From Candidatus Micrarchaeota archaeon (GTDB lineage Archaea > B1Sed10-29 > JAJRYS01), in assembly GCA_964643685.1 (NCBI GenBank), contig CAZXTN010000001.1:135936-199935 (forward strand): 64,000 nt of DNA, in the 5' to 3' direction. Under the pieces are notes generated by a model. That model did not search any database, was not told where the DNA came from, and saw only the letters and a list, made by a program, of their open reading frames with translations. Position numbers and translations under genes: made by a program. Shown here piece by piece: positions 58,121-64,000 of this stretch (position 1 is its first letter; each line of letters starts with the position of its first letter).

Positions 58121-60013
58121 TTGACGCAATTTTTAAAAGAAATGGAAAAAAAAGTAAAAGAAATACTACCAGAAGAATGCATGGTTACAAAACTTGAACT
58201 AGAAGGACCAGACATCATAATCTACACTGCAAACATTTCAAAATTCATAGACGAAGACTCATTAATCAAAAAACTAGCAACTCAACTGAAAAAAAGATTC
58301 GTGCTACGCTCAGAACCCTCACAACTGCTTCCACCTGAACAAGCAGAGGACAAAATAAAAGAAATAGTGCCACAAGAAGCAAACATCTCAGCAATAACAT
58401 TCAACCCTGAATTCTGCGAAGTAAACATAGAAGCAGAAAAACTAGGACTAATCATAGGACACCACGGCGAAACACTTAAAAAACTAACAAAAGAGATAGG
58501 ATGGACCCCAAAACTCTTAAGAAAACCAACAACAAGCTCGCCATTAGTAAAAGCAATAAGAGACACTCTTGTAAAAGAAGCTAAAGACAGAAAAAAAATA
58601 CTTAAAAAAGTAGGAAAAAGAGTTTACAGAGACAACCCAAAACCAACTGACTGGATAAGAATAACAGGACTAGGAGGATGGAGAGAAGTCGGACGCTCAG
58701 CAACCCTCCTTGAAACACCTGAAAGCAAAATACTAATCGACTGCGGAGTATCAGTAGCATCAACTGAAAACGCATTCCCTTACCTATCATCAGTTAACTT
58801 TTCACTTGAAGAACTAGACGCAGTAATAATCACACACGGGCACTTAGACCACAGCGGATTCCTCCCTTACCTATTCCAATACGGCTACGACGGCCCAGTT
58901 TACTGCACCCCTGCAACAAGAGACGTAATGACTCTTCTTCAAAAAGATTACATAAGCGTCTTGGCAAAAAACGCCAAAACACCATTATACACTGAAAAAG
59001 ACATCAAAGAAGAAATAAAACACTGCATACCAAGAGAATACAATGAAGTAACAGACATCACACCAGACATAAGACTTACTCTGCACAACGCAGGACATAT
59101 CCTAGGAAGCTCAACAGTACACCTGCACATAGGAGAAGGAGCCCACAACCTCATGTTCACAGGAGACATAAAATTCGGCTACACTGAATTATTCGAATCA
59201 GCTGAAACAAGATACCCTCGCTTAGAAACAGTTGTGATGGAATCAACATACGGAGGGCCACAGGACGTCCAGCAACCAAGATACGTAGCTGAAAAAAAAC
59301 TAATAGAAGTCATAAGAAAAGTCACTGAAAACAACGGCACAGTCCTAATACCTTCATTCGCCATTGGAAGAGCGCAGGAAGTAATGATGGTCATTGAAAA
59401 CTACGCTCGTCAAAAAGGAGACTGGGACGTGCCAGTTTACTTAGATGGAATGACAAGAGAAGCAAGCGCAATACACTCAACTTACCCAGAATACTTAAAA
59501 AAATCACTTCAAAGAAGAATACTTCACAACAACTCCCCATTTGACTCCAACATCTTCCAGAATGTCGACCCATCGCAAAGAAAACAAATAGCACAAGACG
59601 GAAGAGCAGTCATACTAGCCCCAGCTGGAATGATGAACGGAGGACCTGTAATAGATTACTTCAAAGAAATCTGCGACGATGAAAAAAACGCAATTGTCTT
59701 CGTAGGTTACCAAGGAGAAGGCTCGCTTGGAAGGAAAATTCAAAAAGGAGCTAAAGAAGTCGTGCTTGAAAACAACGGCAAGTCACAGCAGTACAAAATC
59801 AACGCCCAAGTATATACTATCCAAGGATTTTCAGGACACGCTGACTTGAACCAATTACTAGGTTACTTCAAAAAATTAACTCCTCGTCCAGAGAGGGTTC
59901 TTACTGTTCACGGTGAAGAGAAAAAATGCGTAAACTTAGCACGCTCACTTGCATACAAGTTCAAAGTAGAAGCAAGCGCGCCTCGTAACCTCGATTCCAT
60001 CCGTTTAAAATGA
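58121..60013 (+). CDS. fttA: aCPSF1/FttA beta-CASP ribonuclease
   Basis: KH domains, HGHLDH, AGHILG and FSGHAD motifs; psmB synteny. Confidence 0.95.
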   Translation: MTQFLKEMEKKVKEILPEECMVTKLELEGPDIIIYTANISKFIDEDSLIKKLATQLKKRFVLRSEPSQLLPPEQAEDKIKEIVPQEANISAITFNPEFCEVNIEAEKLGLIIGHHGETLKKLTKEIGWTPKLLRKPTTSSPLVKAIRDTLVKEAKDRKKILKKVGKRVYRDNPKPTDWIRITGLGGWREVGRSATLLETPESKILIDCGVSVASTENAFPYLSSVNFSLEELDAVIITHGHLDHSGFLPYLFQYGYDGPVYCTPATRDVMTLLQKDYISVLAKNAKTPLYTEKDIKEEIKHCIPREYNEVTDITPDIRLTLHNAGHILGSSTVHLHIGEGAHNLMFTGDIKFGYTELFESAETRYPRLETVVMESTYGGPQDVQQPRYVAEKKLIEVIRKVTENNGTVLIPSFAIGRAQEVMMVIENYARQKGDWDVPVYLDGMTREASAIHSTYPEYLKKSLQRRILHNNSPFDSNIFQNVDPSQRKQIAQDGRAVILAPAGMMNGGPVIDYFKEICDDEKNAIVFVGYQGEGSLGRKIQKGAKEVVLENNGKSQQYKINAQVYTIQGFSGHADLNQLLGYFKKLTPRPERVLTVHGEEKKCVNLARSLAYKFKVEASAPRNLDSIRLK

Positions 60014-60087
60014 GGCGAGGGGTTTCAATTAATCTCTGATTAATTGCAAACCGAAAAACCTTGACTCAATAAGGTTGGGGTAAGGCA

Positions 60088-60681
60088 TTAGTCAATTATT
60101 TTTATTTCAGCTGAGAAATTTAATTCAGCGTCAAGCAGGAATTCCTTGTTGTTTTTTTCAAGCCATTTTTTTAAAAAATTAGGAGCATGCAAGTTAGCGC
60201 TTTCAAAAGAATTAGCTTTTTTCATTTCAACAACTTCATAATCGCTTTGCATTGATTCAAAACGAGCGCCTACAAGTGAAGAAAAAAGCTCCTTGAAAGA
60301 AAAAAGCCTGACACCTTCTCTCAGCACGTTTTGGAAATCTGCAGATGAAGGAGGGAGGGAAAACAAGTTGCCTTTGAATACGTAAACAGAGTCAAGGGCA
60401 TTTTTTCCAAACAGCTTGTCTTCGTTTGAAAACAAGTAAACTTCCGCCTTGTTTTCAGGCCATTGTTTTTCAAAAACTTTTAACCTGTAAGGAGCTGGCT
60501 TGTTGTAATTTTCATCAATTGCTTTTTCTATTTTTTTCTTAACAAGCAAGCCGATGTCAGAATGAGGCTGTTCTTTGACGCTGAAAAATTCAGCTATCTG
60601 CTCGTCAGTCAATTCAAAATCAACTTCAGCTTCAACTGCTTTTTCAAGCAAGTTAGTTATCTGGTTCTTGTTCCATTTCAT
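60088..60681 (-). CDS. Stand-alone protein resembling the SepRS C-terminal (anticodon-binding) region
   Basis: LTDEQIAE, LFSNEDKLFG, VYVFKGNLFSLPP, EGV and ANL are collinear with recalled SepRS C-terminal motifs. Confidence 0.65.
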   Translation of the reverse strand: MKWNKNQITNLLEKAVEAEVDFELTDEQIAEFFSVKEQPHSDIGLLVKKKIEKAIDENYNKPAPYRLKVFEKQWPENKAEVYLFSNEDKLFGKNALDSVYVFKGNLFSLPPSSADFQNVLREGVRLFSFKELFSSLVGARFESMQSDYEVVEMKKANSFESANLHAPNFLKKWLEKNNKEFLLDAELNFSAEIKIID

Positions 60682-60738
60682 TAATTAAAGTAAAGCAGAG
60701 GAAGTTATTTAAAGTATTTTTTTCAAAATGAATTTAGA

Positions 60739-62019
60739 ATGGATGAGTTTATTCAAGTAAAAGAAGTGCCTGAGCATGAAGGCAAAGAAGTGAAAGTGCG
60801 TGGATGGGTTTACAGGCAAAGAGCAGGCAAGAAAATGGCTTTTGTCTTGCTTCGTGATTCAAGCGGAGTAGTTCAATGCACTTTCAAAGAAGATGCTCCT
60901 GGGTTCAAAGAAGCTTCAACTATAAGCGTTGAGTCTTCTTGTATGATTACGGGAATTGTTTCTAAAGATGAGAGGGCGCCAGGTGGCTTTGAAATAAAAG
61001 CAAGTGACATTGAAGTTGTTCACTTGGCTGAAAGGTTTCCAATTACAAGGGACCAGTCAGATGAGTTCCTGCTTGATAACAGGCACTTGTGGCTTCGTTC
61101 GCAGAAAATGACTTCTGTGCTTAAAATCAGAAGCACTGTTTTCAGGGCAATTGATGATTTTTTCAGAAGCAGGGGTTATTATGAATTTCAATCTCCTCTT
61201 TTCACTCCAGCTGCTGGCGAAGGAGGCAGTACTTTATTTGAAGTTAATTACTTTGGAAGGAAAAGTTACTTGACTCAAACTTGGCAGTTGTATGCAGAAG
61301 CAGCTATTTTTGCACTTGAAAAAATTTACACTATTGCACCTAGTTTCAGGGCTGAGAAGTCAAGCACTTCAAGGCATTTGACTGAGTATTGGCATGCTGA
61401 AATGGAAGTTGCTTGGATGAGATTCAAAGAACTTCAAGTGGAAGCAGAGGAGCTGGTTAGTTTCATATGCAAAAGAGTAGCTGAGGAAAATGAAAAAGAG
61501 CTTGAGATTCTAGGAAGGAAGAAAGAGGATTTGTTGAAAATCACTAGCCCTTTTCCTAGAATGACTTATGATGAAGCTCTTGCGAAGTTAAAGGAGCTTG
61601 GAATGGAAGTGCCTTATGGCAAGGACTTGAGGACAATTGAAGAGAAGAAGCTGACTGAATTGTATGAAAAGCCGTTGATTGTAACTCATTACCCGAAGGA
61701 AATTAAAGCGTTTTACATGAAAGAAGCTGAAGAAGACAAGTCAAAAGTTCTTGGTTTTGACATGCTTGTAAAAGGCGTTGGTGAGATAATTGGAGGAAGC
61801 GAAAGAGAAGAAGACATTAAAGTGCTTGAAAAAAAATTGAAAGAGCAAGGCGAAGATGTTGACAAGTACAAGTTTTACTTGGATACTAGAAGGTATGGAA
61901 GTGTTCCTCACTCTGGTTTTGGCTTGGGAATTGAAAGAGTAGTGATGTGGGTGTGTGGTTTGGATAATATTAAGGAAGCGATTGCTTTCCCAAGGACACC
62001 TGAAAGGGACTATCCTTAA
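60739..62019 (+). CDS. asnS: Asparaginyl-tRNA synthetase
   Basis: OB fold, RHLWLRS, RHLTEYWHAE, GGSERE and PHSGFGLGIER motifs. Confidence 0.9.
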   Translation: MDEFIQVKEVPEHEGKEVKVRGWVYRQRAGKKMAFVLLRDSSGVVQCTFKEDAPGFKEASTISVESSCMITGIVSKDERAPGGFEIKASDIEVVHLAERFPITRDQSDEFLLDNRHLWLRSQKMTSVLKIRSTVFRAIDDFFRSRGYYEFQSPLFTPAAGEGGSTLFEVNYFGRKSYLTQTWQLYAEAAIFALEKIYTIAPSFRAEKSSTSRHLTEYWHAEMEVAWMRFKELQVEAEELVSFICKRVAEENEKELEILGRKKEDLLKITSPFPRMTYDEALAKLKELGMEVPYGKDLRTIEEKKLTELYEKPLIVTHYPKEIKAFYMKEAEEDKSKVLGFDMLVKGVGEIIGGSEREEDIKVLEKKLKEQGEDVDKYKFYLDTRRYGSVPHSGFGLGIERVVMWVCGLDNIKEAIAFPRTPERDYP

Positions 62020-62064
62020 AATTCTCTTAATTGTTTTTAAACAAGTAAAGAGTGGAGATTAAAC

Positions 62065-63249
62065 ATGCTTAATTTTTACTTGTTCCTGAGCTTGTCTTTC
62101 CTGATAATTTTCTTAGCTGGGAAACTGCTTGAAAAAATCAAAGTGCCTTGGCTGTTCTCAGCTCTTATACTTGGTTTTTTTCTTTCAATAAAAAATCCTT
62201 TCGAAGCAATGACTTCAAGCAGCACCTTTAACTTCCTTGCTCAGCTTGGAATGTATTTCCTATTATTTGTAATTGGTTTTGAGATTGACTTAAAGCAGTT
62301 TAGGAAATTAGGGTTGTTTATTGTTAAAGGAACTTTGTTCATAATATTGTTTGAAACTTTTTTCGGATTCTTAGTGATTCATTACTTATTTCATTACAGT
62401 TTGTTCATTTCACTGATAATTGCTTTGTCTTTTGCAACAGTAGGTGAAGCAATACTTCTCCCAATACTTGACGAGTTCAAGCTTATAAACAGCAAGCTCG
62501 GGCAGAGCATCGTTGGGATAGGTGTATTGGATGATGTTTTTGAAGTGTTTACTTTGGTTCTCATCATTCCTCTTGTAGCTTCTCCCGTTAAGAACACTTC
62601 AGGAAACATACTTACAATATTAATTTCTCTTTCTCTTCTTTTCCTTCTTACATATGCGTTGAAAAAATTCAAGAAAGAGGAAAGCAGGTTTAATTTCAAA
62701 AACATTGAAACAATCTTTCTTTTCACTTTATTCATTTTCTTCCTTTTCCTTGGAATAGGAGAGTATGCAGATGCTCTTGCAGTAGCTGCTTTGCTAGCTG
62801 GGCTTTCAATAAAAACTTTCATTCCTGAGAAAAGGCTGCAGTTAATTGAAAGTGAAGTGAAGACAATGTGTTATGGCTTTTTTGCTCCTTTGTTTTTCCT
62901 GCAAGTGGGAGTTTCAATGAATCCTCTTGCTTTATTATCTTCTCCTTTGCTTGTGCTTCTTGTTGTGGTTGTTTCTGGCTTTTCAAAAATTTTAGGAAGT
63001 TGGGTGATTGGAGTTAAGGAGATGGGTTTCAAGCAATCAACTTTGCTTGGAATTGGCTTATCAGTTAGGTTTAGTACAAGCTTGATAGTAATGCAAATTC
63101 TTTTGAAGAACAGTGTGATAAACTCTGAAATTTATTCAGTGATTGTTGCTTCAAGCATAATATTTACTCTACTTGTTCCTGTAATATTTTCAAAACTAGT
63201 TGTCAAGTGGGGCGTAAAGAAAGAGAAGAGAAGACTTCAGGCTATCTGA
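62065..63249 (+). CDS. Cation:proton antiporter (CPA2 / KefB-NapA type)
   Basis: LFVIGFE, VLDD and FFAPLFF motifs; about 12 TM segments. Confidence 0.9.
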   Translation: MLNFYLFLSLSFLIIFLAGKLLEKIKVPWLFSALILGFFLSIKNPFEAMTSSSTFNFLAQLGMYFLLFVIGFEIDLKQFRKLGLFIVKGTLFIILFETFFGFLVIHYLFHYSLFISLIIALSFATVGEAILLPILDEFKLINSKLGQSIVGIGVLDDVFEVFTLVLIIPLVASPVKNTSGNILTILISLSLLFLLTYALKKFKKEESRFNFKNIETIFLFTLFIFFLFLGIGEYADALAVAALLAGLSIKTFIPEKRLQLIESEVKTMCYGFFAPLFFLQVGVSMNPLALLSSPLLVLLVVVVSGFSKILGSWVIGVKEMGFKQSTLLGIGLSVRFSTSLIVMQILLKNSVINSEIYSVIVASSIIFTLLVPVIFSKLVVKWGVKKEKRRLQAI

Positions 63250-63374
63250 ACGTCATTCTTGTATTTATGGTTAGGGTTACGTGGGCAGACAAGCTCTCCG
63301 TTTTTTTCAACAAGACGTATGCTTAAGCCGCTTTCAATAAAACATTGCCTGCAATAAGGCTTGAATTCAACCAT
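63237..63374 (-). CDS. Small Zn-ribbon protein (45 aa, absent from ORF track)
   Basis: MVEFKPYCRQC...LVCPRNPNHKY with an AGGTGA SD upstream. Confidence 0.65.
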   Translation of the reverse strand: MVEFKPYCRQCFIESGLSIRLVEKNGELVCPRNPNHKYKNDVQIA

Positions 63375-63477
63375 TGAAAAAATTCACCTCTGTTGTTACT
63401 GCTTTAATTAACAGAAGGAGCGTATAAAAAACTGAGGGGTTAATGTTTTTAAACAAATCCTGATTAAATGAAAACCC

Positions 63478-63987
63478 ATGTATGAAAAAATAGTAATAAC
63501 AGGCACTCCTGGAACAGGAAAAACGACTCTTGCTGACAAGATAGGAGATTATTTCAAAACGAGAGTCATTCACATAACAGATTACTTAAAGGAACATCCT
63601 GAATTGATTGAAAAAACAAGGAAAGACGGTACTATTGTCCCTAAAATGGACGAGCTTAGGAAAGCGCTGAACCAAGAGCAGGGGATAATAGATGGGCATC
63701 TTGCCTGTGAATTCAAGTTAAGGAATTCTTTTGTTATTGTTTTAAGAACTCGTCCAGATGAATTGAAAAAAAGGCTTAAAGAAAGGGGTTACAAGCCGAA
63801 GAAGATAAAGGAGAATATTGAAGCAGAGGCTCTTGATTATTGCACTCAAAAGGCTGAGGAGAATTTCAAAGCAGTTTATGAAATTGACACTACAAGCAAG
63901 ACGCCTAAAGAGACTTTTGACACTGCTTTGAAAATAATTTACGGGACTTCGCAAGGAGATAAAGTAGATTTTTCAGAATACTTGTGA
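63478..63987 (+). CDS. AK6/Fap7-family kinase/ATPase
   Basis: GTPGTGKTT, IDGH and RGY...KIKEN motifs. Confidence 0.92.
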   Translation: MYEKIVITGTPGTGKTTLADKIGDYFKTRVIHITDYLKEHPELIEKTRKDGTIVPKMDELRKALNQEQGIIDGHLACEFKLRNSFVIVLRTRPDELKKRLKERGYKPKKIKENIEAEALDYCTQKAEENFKAVYEIDTTSKTPKETFDTALKIIYGTSQGDKVDFSEYL

Positions 63988-64000
63988 AGAAATTGGTTTT

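Overview
AT-rich, gene-dense archaeal core-genome window. It is probably a DPANN-type lineage, but the taxon cannot be fixed from sequence alone. Positions 1-30.3 kb carry a long + strand superoperon: the end of the spc ribosomal cluster, secY, cbf5, the S13-S4-S11-rpoD-L18e-L13-S9-rpoN-eno-S2 cluster, gltX, the L7Ae-aIF5B-aIF2gamma-rpo7-spt4 cluster and KEOPS genes. The remainder holds secDF, trmI, tgtA, tyrS, PolD, sepF, cdc6, psmB, aCPSF1 and asnS. No CRISPR array, rRNA or transposase was seen. The most unusual signals concern tRNA biology: (1) a two-intron tRNA-Gln(UUG) flanked by orphan copies of its own 5' and 3' ends, each attached to structured intron-like sequence; (2) a tRNA-Ser(GGA) with three introns; (3) a 197-aa ORF resembling a SepRS with its catalytic core deleted; (4) a GluRS lacking its anticodon-binding domain. 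Also notable are an aIF2gamma with no canonical start (probable AUC), a homopolymer frameshift in apt, k-turn-like ribosomal leaders and a 1323-aa orphan protein. All protein calls rest on recalled motifs and synteny, not on database searches.
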